From NCBI GenBank assembly GCA_027318475.1, contig DAHVPC010000001.1, positions 1 through 56,571 on the forward strand: 56,571 nt of DNA, written 5' to 3'. Below the pieces are notes generated by a model that was given only the letters and a program-made list of their open reading frames with translations, was not told the DNA's origin and searched no databases. Shown here piece by piece: positions 1 to 8,982 of the stretch (positions are counted from its first letter, which is position 1; each line of letters starts with the position of its first letter). Both the position numbers and the translations under genes were made by a program. The DNA is from Candidatus Cloacimonadota bacterium. GTDB lineage: Bacteria > Cloacimonadota > Cloacimonadia > Cloacimonadales > Cloacimonadaceae.

Positions 1-1880
1 GAGGAGGCTGTTATTCTCGCCATTGCGTCGCCAAGACCACCCAGCACTTCGAGGCGGCCTCCGAAATTGACCTGGAGGTAGTCTTCCTGCGTCATGAACA
101 AGGCTGCGCCGGCATCCACAGAAAGTATGCCGTCCACAAATACGTCGTCCCAGCAGCTCAGTTCGTTGCCGTTCAGGTCCAGGGTTCCGCTGGCTACGTT
201 CAGGTCTCCGGCTACCAGAACGTCTGAAGTCACAGTAACCTTGTTGGCCCGCGTCATCAAGGCCTGGCTGCCGTCCCGCTGCGTAACCCACGTTCCTTCA
301 GGAAAAGAGTTTTCAGAATCGGCGGGAGGGTTCTTGTCGATCCGCAGGTTGCGGAGATTTCCGCCCAACATGGTGAGATTCGCGTTCGCGGAGCCATATA
401 GTTCCAAGGTTCCGCCAGCAGGTTGGAAATCGTCGCGCTCGCAATAGAACTGGCCATCCACGCGGATGGTTCCGCCGCTGATATTGGTGGTGAGCAGATA
501 GGAGCCGGCGTCGATGGTGAGCCCGGAGCCGTGGCGGTAAAATAATCCGGCGCTCATGGAGAAGATGCAGCTGATGTTCCAGGGCATATAGGTGTCGTTG
601 CCCGGCACTCCGCCATGGATGTGGAATTCGCCTCCGCTGATGTTGAGGTTTCCGGAAAGGTCCAGGTACTGGGAAAAGTCCTGGATCAGAACAATGGATC
701 CGGAAGTGAGGGTCACAGAGCCCCGGATCGACGCGTCCACCATATCCCGGACGTAGAAAAGTCCGCCTCCCACGGTCAGCGAACCTTGCGCCCAGTCGTA
801 GGACTGGCAGTCCAGGGCGCTGCCTTGGGGGATGGTCAGGCTGGCGCCGGGAAAACCTTTGTCCAGCACCACCGCGTCGAAATACTCGTTGGCATAGATG
901 TAGCTGTCGGTGGTATAGGCGAAGGTCACGATGCTTCCCGCTTCGTCAAAGGCGGCGGAACCCGCGCTATTGGTCCAGTTTCCGCCCAGTTTGATACCCC
1001 ATCCGCCGGGATCGAAGATGCCGCTCTCAATGGCCAGGTTGCCTTTCAGGGCCAGGTTGGCGGCCAAACTCAGGATTCCGGACTGGCTGCAGGCCAGGTT
1101 TTTCAGATAACAGGCCTGGCTGGCCAGATTGATGCTTTGATCGGCGCCATCCATCCGCAAAGTGCCGTTATCGAAGCGGATGCCATCCGTCGCACCCGAT
1201 ACATTGTAGTCGGTCAGGTTGCCTCTCAGGGTGATGGTGCCTGTAAAGGCGCAGTTGATAGTGCTCAGGGAGTCGTTGCCCAGGGATCCGTTGATCGCGA
1301 AATCCTGGGCGTCCAAATCGCCGCTGATGGATAGAAAGCCCGTTCCCGTACAGGAAGAGCGGATGTTGTGAAAACTTGTCGCAGGGCTGCGGTTGACAAG
1401 GTAACACGCGGCGTTTTCGCTTTGAAACCTCACCGTTCCGTTGGCCAACTGCACATTGGATCCCTGCAGAAAGGTCATTCCAACCCCGCAGACGATCCCG
1501 GCGCCGGAATTGGTGATGTTGGCCGCTGATCCAGGCTGCCAGTAGATTGTTCCCGCCACCCGGAAATCCGTGCCCGCGGTCATGTTCAATTGGCCGTGCA
1601 TAACCGCGTCATTGGTTACATTGAGGTTGTTTGCGCCTACGGTCAGGGAAGCGCCGGCTTCCACTGTCAGGGAACCGCAATAACCGGCGGAGTTGGATAC
1701 CAGCGGGTAATTTCCACTTGCTACTTCGGGGACGATCACCGCAGTGGAGGCATCGGGAACCGGGCCGCCGCTCCAGTTTCCCGGGGTATGCCAGTTTGTG
1801 GAGACTGACCCGGTCCAGTTCACAGCCGGAAGGGCAACCGCCGGGCATGTACACACTAAAAGAAGACACAAGAGTTTCAT
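1..1880 (-). CDS. Large secreted protein with beta-helix/passenger-like repeats, 3'-truncated by the window edge
   Basis: ATG at 1880 after GAAAGGGGG SD. Reads MKLLCLLLVCTCPAVALPAVNWTGSVSTNWHTPGNWSGGPVP... (signal peptide, WxGxxSxxWxxxxNW motif, LTV/LNV repeats). Same frame is open at the segments checked, through to position 3 (...GRLEVLGGLGDAMARITAS). Absent from the ORF track because it has no stop inside the window. Confidence 0.85.
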   Translation of the reverse strand, partial: MKLLCLLLVCTCPAVALPAVNWTGSVSTNWHTPGNWSGGPVPDASTAVIVPEVASGNYPLVSNSAGYCGSLTVEAGASLTVGANNLNVTNDAVMHGQLNMTAGTDFRVAGTIYWQPGSAANITNSGAGIVCGVGMTFLQGSNVQLANGTVRFQSENAACYLVNRSPATSFHNIRSSCTGTGFLSISGDLDAQDFAINGSLGNDSLSTINCAFTGTITLRGNLTDYNVSGATDGIRFDNGTLRMDGADQSINLASQACYLKNLACSQSGILSLAANLALKGNLAIESGIFDPGGWGIKLGGNWTNSAGSAAFDEAGSIVTFAYTTDSYIYANEYFDAVVLDKGFPGASLTIPQGSALDCQSYDWAQGSLTVGGGLFYVRDMVDASIRGSVTLTSGSIVLIQDFSQYLDLSGNLNISGGEFHIHGGVPGNDTYMPWNISCIFSMSAGLFYRHGSGLTIDAGSYLLTTNISGGTIRVDGQFYCERDDFQPAGGTLELYGSANANLTMLGGNLRNLRIDKNPPADSENSFPEGTWVTQRDGSQALMTRANKVTVTSDVLVAGDLNVASGTLDLNGNELSCWDDVFVDGILSVDAGAALFMTQEDYLQVNFGGRLEVLGGLGDAMARITAS

Positions 1881-2162
1881 GGTTCCCCCTTTCAGGATTT
1901 GCGCTGAAACCCCCGATAAAATGCTGCTGGGCGCTGGTCCAGGGCATAGTTGTCCAACTGCCCAAGCCCCTCTGTGTGGCGCTCGAAAGCTGACCGTTGC
2001 GGGCAATAACTCATGCTCAGAGTTCCACTGTAATGGTTGTGTTGACTTTTTGGTTTACGCAGATTGCGCTTTTTGGACTCTCTAACCGACTACAGATTCA
2101 GATATCGCCGGATGTTGTCAAGTGTTATTATCCCAGGGGCCAACTGAACGAGGCGAAACGAC

Positions 2163-2501
2163 TATAAAGAGTCACCGATAATTGCAAATAGCGATCACTT
2201 GGACAAAATAGATAAGTCGAAGAGACAAAAGAATATCCGAAGAGCTTTTGCAGAAGACCACTTGGACATTGTTTTAGTAAATTTCCCTGCTTTGATCACC
2301 AAAACCTGCAAATTGGACACTATTTTGTCCAAGTGGTAGTTACTATTATCAGCTCCAGAATCAAGAGAATAAACCCGTAATGATATATGCAATATACAAA
2401 TACGGATTACGTATGGAAGCAATTGGATTCTTGGATATGTATATGTTTTGGCATTTGCAATTTTCGGTGAGCGGATTTGCAATTTTCGGTGACTCTTTAT
2501 A
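2163..2501. mobile_element. Non-autonomous MITE-like element with 27-bp terminal inverted repeats
   Basis: TATAAAGAGTCACCGATAATTGCAAAT (2163-2189) vs reverse complement of 2475-2501, one mismatch. Tandem subterminal TTTGCAATTTTCGGTGA copies and internal CACTTGGACA/TGTCCAAGTG repeats. No convincing ORF and no clear TSD. Confidence 0.75.
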
Positions 2502-2506
2502 TCGAG

Positions 2507-2781
2507 TCGTATCACCATTTTTAAAATCGGCAGTTTTGCGGGTTTACGATATCACGATTTTTGCAAACGAGTATCACAATTTTTGCAAATCATCTTATAA
2601 CTTCTAAAGCAGAAGGTAATCTATCTAACCCGCAGCCAGATATTTGCAAAAAAGCCATTAGCAGCCTGCCAGTAGGCTTATGCAACTGCTTTGCTCATCC
2701 TTGGTTTCGGTTTTATGTCTGATTCATTTCGCATTTTTCCCAGTATGCCAGGTTAGATGAAGGTGCCCAGCTTCAGGATCC
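2507..2781 (-). pseudogene. Diverged copy of the transposon left end plus the 3' end of its HTH gene
   Basis: Aligns by eye with 4841-5121. Translates ILKLGTFI*PGILGKMRNESDIKPKPRMSKAVA* versus ILKLGTYIQPAILGKLRKESGIKPKPRMRKTAA*, with an in-frame TAA. Confidence 0.85.
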
Positions 2782-2960
2782 ATGATTTGCACAAATTTCC
2801 CGTATTCATAAGCAGCGATATCATCCAGAACCTGTACTCCCTTAGCTTTTAGCTCTGCCACCAGTTCTTCCATATGTTCCACGATATAATTGAACATATA
2901 GTCTTTTTGCGAGGGTCCGAAACAATCTGTGTTTGCTGGAAATGGACTCCATTGCGTATT
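2772..2960 (-). pseudogene. VOC (glyoxalase/bleomycin-resistance) family gene fragment
   Basis: Minus frame reads TQWSPFPANTDCFGPSQKDYMFNYIVEHMEELVAELKAKGVQVLDDIAAYEYGKFVQIMDPE, the typical second half of a VOC protein. The start and the final GNxIEL segment are missing. Confidence 0.75.
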
Positions 2961-2982
2961 TATATTCTCGTAAATGGGATTC

Positions 2983-4602
2983 CTATCCTGCCGGATGAGA
3001 CAAACACAGCTCCCTGGTGGCTATCTTTTGAATGAAGGCGCGATCGTGGGATACAAAGATCACTGCTCCGTTGAATTGTATCAAAGCGTCGGCAAGCATA
3101 TCCCGGCTGCGCATATCCAGATGATTGGTGGGTTCGTCAAACAGCAACAGATTGTAATCCCCCAGCAGGACACCCAGGATTTGTACTTTGGCTTTTTCGC
3201 CCCAGGACAGACTTCCCATCTGCACATGAGCAAGTATGTCTTTCAATCCGATGCAGCCCATCAGGTTATGTACATGCGTCTCGTCCTGCCCGCTTTGCAA
3301 CAGGTAATCGGAAACCGTTCGAGCAGGATCAAGCAGCTTGAGGTCTTGCCGATAGTAGGCAATCCTAAGCCGCGGAGCATAGGATATCTCGCCTTCTTGG
3401 GGCTGTAATTCTGCGGCAATCAGCTTCATCAGAGTAGTCTTACCACAACCATTGGCACCTGAAAGCCATAGTCTCTCAGCTCCACCAAGATCGAAGTAAA
3501 AATCCCTGAATATCCATATGTCATCGTATGCAAAGCCCATCGCGCTGACATTGATTAGTTTCTTATTGGATGTATGCACCTTGCCAAAATCGAGTTTACG
3601 ATTCTTATCGAACATCGGCCGTTCCACAGGATAACGATCATTGAGCATGCGGATGCGTCGCTCGATATTACGCGCTTGCTGCATCTGGGTTCGAGCCGCG
3701 TTATAGATAGATTCGTAAACCGCCCCTCTGCCCTCTGAGCGCGTTTCCGGCTGAAAACTATGCGCCCAGTTGCGGCGTTTCAGAGCAGCTTGTTCCAGAT
3801 TCCGGATCAGCTTTTTGCGCTCCCGGTACTGGGTCAATTGATGTTGTTGCAGATCCTTATTATCCCGGGTGAAGCTGGAGTAGTTGCCCATCCGGATTTG
3901 CAAGCTACCGGCTCTCAAATCTGCAATCTTGGTAGCGGTATTATCGATGAACTTCTTGTCATGTGATACATACAGTACAGCGCCTTTATATGAATTGAGC
4001 CAATTCTCCAACCACATGATATGCTGCAGATCCAGATGATTGGTGGGTTCATCCAGGATCAGGATGTCGGGCTTCTTCAGAAGCAGCGCTGCCAATTGCA
4101 GACGGGTGGATTCACCACCCGAAAGGCTTTCACATTGGCGTTCTGCCATGCATTGCAGGTCCATCCGCACCAGCATGGAGTTTACTTCATTCTCCCAATC
4201 AGCCACGTTTTTTGCGTGATATTCATGCCATAGTGAAGCCAGGTCGATTCCCTGCTGCACACTCAAATCTCCGACCGCAGAGAGCCTCTCTATATCCTTG
4301 ATAATCCGGTAATGATCAGCCTGATGCGACAACAGGAAGTCCCCTACACATACTTCAGTGCTTAGGCGAATATCTTGGGGCAAAAAGGCGATAACGGGTT
4401 TGTCTCCGGGATACAGTATCTCTCCCTGCGTGGGCGTTAATTCCCGCAGGATAATGCGTAGCAGAGTTGTTTTTCCGCTACCGTTTATGCCGATGAGCGC
4501 GATCTTTTCGCCTTCGGCGATCACCAAATCTATGCCTGTCAATGTGGATTGATATTGATCCGGATAGCGATAGTGAATGTTTCTTAGCTGTATAAACTGC
4601 AT
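2983..4602 (-). CDS. ABC-F ATPase, ribosomal-protection (ARE-ABCF) type
   Basis: Two ABC domains (GINGSGKT/LSGGE/LDEPTNHLD and GANGCGKT/LSWGE/FDEPTNHLD), no TM helices, extended interdomain linker. Start moved to ATG 4602, downstream of AAAAGGAG. Confidence 0.88.
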   Translation of the reverse strand: MQFIQLRNIHYRYPDQYQSTLTGIDLVIAEGEKIALIGINGSGKTTLLRIILRELTPTQGEILYPGDKPVIAFLPQDIRLSTEVCVGDFLLSHQADHYRIIKDIERLSAVGDLSVQQGIDLASLWHEYHAKNVADWENEVNSMLVRMDLQCMAERQCESLSGGESTRLQLAALLLKKPDILILDEPTNHLDLQHIMWLENWLNSYKGAVLYVSHDKKFIDNTATKIADLRAGSLQIRMGNYSSFTRDNKDLQQHQLTQYRERKKLIRNLEQAALKRRNWAHSFQPETRSEGRGAVYESIYNAARTQMQQARNIERRIRMLNDRYPVERPMFDKNRKLDFGKVHTSNKKLINVSAMGFAYDDIWIFRDFYFDLGGAERLWLSGANGCGKTTLMKLIAAELQPQEGEISYAPRLRIAYYRQDLKLLDPARTVSDYLLQSGQDETHVHNLMGCIGLKDILAHVQMGSLSWGEKAKVQILGVLLGDYNLLLFDEPTNHLDMRSRDMLADALIQFNGAVIFVSHDRAFIQKIATRELCLSHPAG

Positions 4603-4735
4603 ATAATTCTCCTTTTCTATGGGGGGGGGAGGAGTAGCAGTAACAGCCCGCAAATTGAGATATCAGAATATTAAAATCAATGCAAGAGCTGCTACTGATC
4701 TATTGCTGGTTGCGCATCTGAATATCTCCTTTTTG
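4603..4735 (-). promoter_or_regulatory. Leader uORF MRNQQ* (4700-4717) and attenuator for the ABC-F gene
   Basis: AAAAAGGAG-N7-ATGCGCAACCAGCAATAG, then complementary arms AGTAGCAG...CTGCTACT and an anti-SD CTCCT able to pair with the ABC-F AGGAG. Confidence 0.7.
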
Positions 4736-5017
4736 ATGTTTTGAGTAATACTCTGCGATCACCGGATATTGTCAATCCTTTTTGTAGACCGGATCAAGAC
4801 GCCTGTGTGCAAGTTATGGGATCTCAACTATTTTTTCAAATCGTATCACCATTTTTTCAAATCGGCAGTTTTGTGGGTTTGCGATATCACGATTTTTTCA
4901 AACGAGTATCACGATTATTGCAAATCATCTTATCACTTCTTAAGCAGAAGGTAATCCATTTTATCTAACTCGCAACCAGAAAGTTGCAAAAAAACCATTA
5001 GCAGCACGCCAGTAGGC

Positions 5018-5533
5018 TTATGCAGCTGTTTTCCTCATCCTCGGTTTCGGTTTTATGCCTGATTCCTTACGCAATTTTCCAAGTATAGCGGGTTGGATGT
5101 AGGTGCCCAGCTTCAGGATCCCCTCTTTTGATAAGACTTTGTACCCGCTGCAGTCGATACCCACCATATCGATAGATGCCAGTGCTTCCATATAAACAAA
5201 GACCAGTTGCCTGCTCTTGCCATAGTCTAAGGCAATCTCTCGGATGGAATGGTATTGCTTGATGTTTAGCAAGTTTAGGATTTCTTCTGCTACCTGAGTG
5301 CTGTAGTTCCACTTGCCTTTCTGATTAAAGCCAACCTGAGATTGATAGCGGTTACTGCTTACGTAGAGCTTGTCTTGAGTTGAGATGCACTTGATTTCCT
5401 GGTTGTTGAGTAGCGTTCTGATGGACCGTGATACGGTTCTGGCCTCGATTCCGGTAAGCTCTGTTATCGTTTCTGTGCTGAACGGCTTTCTGTACTGATG
5501 GACGAAGTTTCGGATAACATCCATGTTTGTCAT
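5018..5533 (-). CDS. Small transposon-associated DNA-binding protein with two predicted HTH motifs
   Basis: FSTETITELTGIEARTVSRSIRTL and HSIREIALDYGKSRQLVFVYMEAL are HTH-like. ATGA overlap with the ATPase gene. Confidence 0.75.
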   Translation of the reverse strand: MTNMDVIRNFVHQYRKPFSTETITELTGIEARTVSRSIRTLLNNQEIKCISTQDKLYVSSNRYQSQVGFNQKGKWNYSTQVAEEILNLLNIKQYHSIREIALDYGKSRQLVFVYMEALASIDMVGIDCSGYKVLSKEGILKLGTYIQPAILGKLRKESGIKPKPRMRKTAA

Positions 5534-6246
5534 GGTTCCGTCTCCACCAACGCATTATCCAGCGTGAAGCCTGGGTTTTGCTTGATCCTGCCTTCCATGA
5601 TGTACATCAGTTTGATGGCTTTTCTGAGGTTACCATTGCAGTTGAAATGGATAGTATCTATGAGCCGATCTGTTACTTCCACTTCCATTACCTCTTTGGC
5701 AAGCAGTTCAATATCCTTTCTGCTTGCGGGCTGGAACTCACAGAAGTAGTTGCATCTATCAAAGTAGTGTGGATTGATCTGTGCCAGACGGTCTTTGGCG
5801 TTTTGCATCCCCACCAGGATAACCATGCACAAGGTCTCATCCACGATGTCACGGATAGCTCCCAGTAGTGCTTCATATTTGAAGGCATAGTCGATCTCAT
5901 CGATTATGATTACAGTATCGGCATGGTCTTCCAAAATACTCAGACAACGTTTGAACAGATTGTTGGCAGTTCCATACGGTAAATACTGCCCAAGGTTGAA
6001 GCGTTTGTAAAATGCGAGCAGTAACTGCTGGGCAAATGATTTGGGTGTCGTGGTGGCTTCCAGCCTCAGATATAAATATCCTTCCCTGAAAGCCATGCGC
6101 TGGGCATAAGTCGTCTTACCGGATCCGGGACGTCCATACAGCAAGCCCAAACCCACCATTTCCAGCTTGGGTCTGCTCTTCAGAAAGGAGATACAGGCAT
6201 CTGCTTCCACTACGTTGCGGGTCTTGACCAGTTTGGATTGTTTCAT
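5530..6246 (-). CDS. Transposition AAA+ ATPase (MuB/TniB/TnsC-like)
   Basis: Walker A GRPGSGKT, Walker B IIIDEID, C-terminal GNLRKA. Start at ATG 6246 (MKQSKL) after AGGAGGGG. Confidence 0.9.
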   Translation of the reverse strand: MKQSKLVKTRNVVEADACISFLKSRPKLEMVGLGLLYGRPGSGKTTYAQRMAFREGYLYLRLEATTTPKSFAQQLLLAFYKRFNLGQYLPYGTANNLFKRCLSILEDHADTVIIIDEIDYAFKYEALLGAIRDIVDETLCMVILVGMQNAKDRLAQINPHYFDRCNYFCEFQPASRKDIELLAKEVMEVEVTDRLIDTIHFNCNGNLRKAIKLMYIMEGRIKQNPGFTLDNALVETEP

Positions 6247-6256
6247 CTTTCCCCTC

Positions 6257-8317
6257 CTATCTGATTCCGGCAAGCCTGAGCAGTTCGGCAAAGCTCTTTG
6301 TGCCATCACTCTGATCTGGTCCTTCTGTTTTCTCTGAAGTTGCCGGAATCATCGGTGTCTGGATAAAGGTGGGATTGGCAGCTTGAGTTATTGTTTTGAT
6401 ATGGGGACTGAGCAGTTTATCCACCGCCTTCTGAGTGTTCTTTACCAACACTCTGGTTCTCTGTTCCGTCTGCCTTTGCAGTTTCTTGATCTGAGCGTAT
6501 TCCTTGTCCAGTTCCTTCCGGGCTATGGGCTGATCGACTGCAAGTTTGATAAAGGGATGCTGTGCCCTGCGCAGTTCTGCCTGGCAGATGAATTTGTCCT
6601 TGGTATCATAGACCAGGATCCATCTGATGTCTGCTGGATCATAGCGAAAGATGATGGGTTTGCCGATGTGAGATATCAGATCAGAATGCCAGTAATACAG
6701 CTTGCCCCAGACGATGCCTTCGTTGCGAACTGCCTTTCTCTCTGCCGAGAGCATCAGGAAGTTCAGTTCAGAGGGCTCAATGATCCGCTCGCCAGCGATC
6801 TCAGCAGTCCTGAATACCTCCCAGGGTGTCTTGCCAGCCAAAGCACTATGCGGCGTCTCACCATAGATGTGTCTGATGTAGAAGCCGATCATGTTCATAG
6901 CTTCTTCTATCGTAGGTGGCTCGGCTTTGTAAAGTTTCTTTGCCCATTTCTCGTTACGCAGCAGAGTGGCAGGTTTATCCTCCACTGCTGCACCTCGGAA
7001 GGATGAGGCGAAGCGTTCAAACTGCTCCTGAAAGGTCTGAAAGAACCGCTCTATCACCTTGGCTTTGGCATTGTAGCTTTCGGCAAACACCGCCTCGATC
7101 TTCAGCTTGGGAAAAACACCTCCCAGTTCCTTTGCCAGATCATGGTTTTCCCATTTGTCATGAAAAAGCTTACTCTTGAAGGCTTTGCCATTATCCAGAT
7201 AGACATATCGGGGTAAGAAGGCAAAGGGCTGATTGGTTTCTTCTCTGAAACAGGTATTAGATTCTCTATCTTGCCACTGCGTTGTATTCAGAAAGCCATT
7301 GCGGAAGGCAGCCAGGATATGCTGGCTATCCTCGGTAAAGGCAAGAGAAGCTCCCACCGGATAACGGCTTGCCCAATCCAGCACCAGAATCAACATCATC
7401 CGCTTTGCCTTACCGGTTTTGGGATCAAGGATATCAAAGGCAAGCTTGTGTCCATCCGCAACCCAGACATCACCAACCTTGAGCAAGCTGCTGTCTCTGT
7501 GGATGGTCTTGATGATATGCTCTGCCACAAACTTGCTGCCCATGCGAGCCTGTTGCCAGATATCTGGATTGTTATTCCTGAAGTCTGTGCACCACCTTCT
7601 CAGGGTGGGAATGCTGCTCCTTGAATCAAAGTAGCCAAGTCTGGCTTGTGCTTTCAGTAGCTTGATGGCAGAGCCGATCTTGCTACGATTGGGATGCAAC
7701 AGCATGCTCAGCAAGATTTGGCTCTCAAGCTCTGATACCTTGCGTTTACGGGTGGTATTCCAATTGCTATGGATAAGAGCAAACATGTTGTAGTCCGATT
7801 GCAGATATTGCTCTATCCAGGTGCGGATAGTTCTCTCACAGCGTTTATCCCGCATCTGATACAGCTCCGGCACCAGTAATCCACAGTTATAATCAAGCAC
7901 TATCTGTTTCCATTCCTCAGTCCTGGATTCACAATCCCGCAGCCGGTTCAGCACAACAGTGCAGAAATGTCCCAGCAGTTTTGCCTCTTCCAATCTACGC
8001 AAAGGCAGATTGGCATCTTTACTCAGATCCGGATACTCCGTTACCGAATGATCTTTGTCCGCAGCAGTGATATCTTGATGCCCATCCTGAGATAAAGTTG
8101 GTTCACCACACAAACCAACTTTGGGTTCATCAATACCTGGCACTGTGACACATTTCTCGGGAGATAAATTGTCACAGCGCTCAAGGTCTCTCCCATTCAG
8201 CATATCCGGCATTTCATGCTCTTCCTGAACCACTGTGACAGTTGTCACAGTGCTACATTTGTCACAGTTGTCTTGCCATAAACCGCCCTGCCGATGAGCT
8301 TGAAAAGTCGCTTTCAT
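6257..8317 (-). CDS. DDE transposase (rve core + Mu transposase C-terminal-like domain)
   Basis: Catalytic triad WVADGH / YLDNG / AKVIERFF and RYDPADIRWILVYD. Start ATG 8317 after AGGGAGG. Confidence 0.92.
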   Translation of the reverse strand: MKATFQAHRQGGLWQDNCDKCSTVTTVTVVQEEHEMPDMLNGRDLERCDNLSPEKCVTVPGIDEPKVGLCGEPTLSQDGHQDITAADKDHSVTEYPDLSKDANLPLRRLEEAKLLGHFCTVVLNRLRDCESRTEEWKQIVLDYNCGLLVPELYQMRDKRCERTIRTWIEQYLQSDYNMFALIHSNWNTTRKRKVSELESQILLSMLLHPNRSKIGSAIKLLKAQARLGYFDSRSSIPTLRRWCTDFRNNNPDIWQQARMGSKFVAEHIIKTIHRDSSLLKVGDVWVADGHKLAFDILDPKTGKAKRMMLILVLDWASRYPVGASLAFTEDSQHILAAFRNGFLNTTQWQDRESNTCFREETNQPFAFLPRYVYLDNGKAFKSKLFHDKWENHDLAKELGGVFPKLKIEAVFAESYNAKAKVIERFFQTFQEQFERFASSFRGAAVEDKPATLLRNEKWAKKLYKAEPPTIEEAMNMIGFYIRHIYGETPHSALAGKTPWEVFRTAEIAGERIIEPSELNFLMLSAERKAVRNEGIVWGKLYYWHSDLISHIGKPIIFRYDPADIRWILVYDTKDKFICQAELRRAQHPFIKLAVDQPIARKELDKEYAQIKKLQRQTEQRTRVLVKNTQKAVDKLLSPHIKTITQAANPTFIQTPMIPATSEKTEGPDQSDGTKSFAELLRLAGIR

Positions 8318-8982
8318 CAGTTCCTCCCTTATTACAATAGTAGGTTCTACTATTCTGTACTGCAATAAGTTGGGAAGTCCTTTCTGCCGTGAATGCGCTG
8401 AGAATGCAAGAAATCTGCCACACTAATCCTTGTTAGTGATCCGACCATCATATATCCATAAACCCAGCCTGTCGTATCCCCCAAGAACCTCACAGAAGCA
8501 AAATAACCATTAAAGCAAACCCCTGCTCAAAGACCATAAACAAATAGCATAAAGACTTTTCCCCAAAGCGCTTTAGACCGATTTCAGACTTTATCCAGTT
8601 CTCCCACACCACCCACCACTGTGACAATAAAAGCCTTAACAAATCTGATGAGCTCTCCTAATAATCTGATTATCCGAAAGCAGTCCAAAACCAGAGCAAA
8701 ATTGAAAGAATCGTGATATCGAAACGTCCAAAACCGTCCAAAGACCACTGTGACACAATCCAAAGCCAGTCTTATCTATTTCTCTGCCTCATAAACCCAT
8801 ACGACCACTGTGACATGTGATACTGATTTGAAGATTTGGGTGAGAACTTATACCTTGGCAGCAGATGAATCTGCCCCCGCACGAAAAAAAACCTTGACAC
8901 GAAATCCGCTTAACCAGAGGGTGCTATATAGCAGTTTTTACTCTGCATGACTGGTCCATAGATAAGAAATGGGGAGGATCAT

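Larger units (their letters stand above)
4815..8852 (-). mobile_element. Mu/Tn7-like DDE transposon (transposase + AAA ATPase + HTH protein)
   Basis: Imperfect TIRs TATGGGATCTCAACTATTTTTTCAAATC-GTATCAC (4815) and TATAAGTTCTCACCCAAATCTTCAAATCAGTATCAC (reverse complement from 8852). Repeated TATCACnATTTTTnCAAA sites at the left end (4843-4925) and one at 8699-8721. AT-richer than the flanks. No TSD found. Confidence 0.8.

Noticed and set aside
4843-4936. TATCACnATTTTTnCAAA repeats as a CRISPR or iteron array
   Set aside because: Spacing is short and irregular and they sit at a transposon end, so transposase-binding sites explain them better.
4815-8852. Mu-like prophage or CRISPR-associated transposon
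   Set aside because: No structural, lysis, cas or tniQ genes lie between the ends.
2158-8857. Target-site duplication around the island, MITE or transposon
   Set aside because: The 5-bp flanks (ACGAC, TCGAG, CAAGT, CCTTG) do not match in any pairing.
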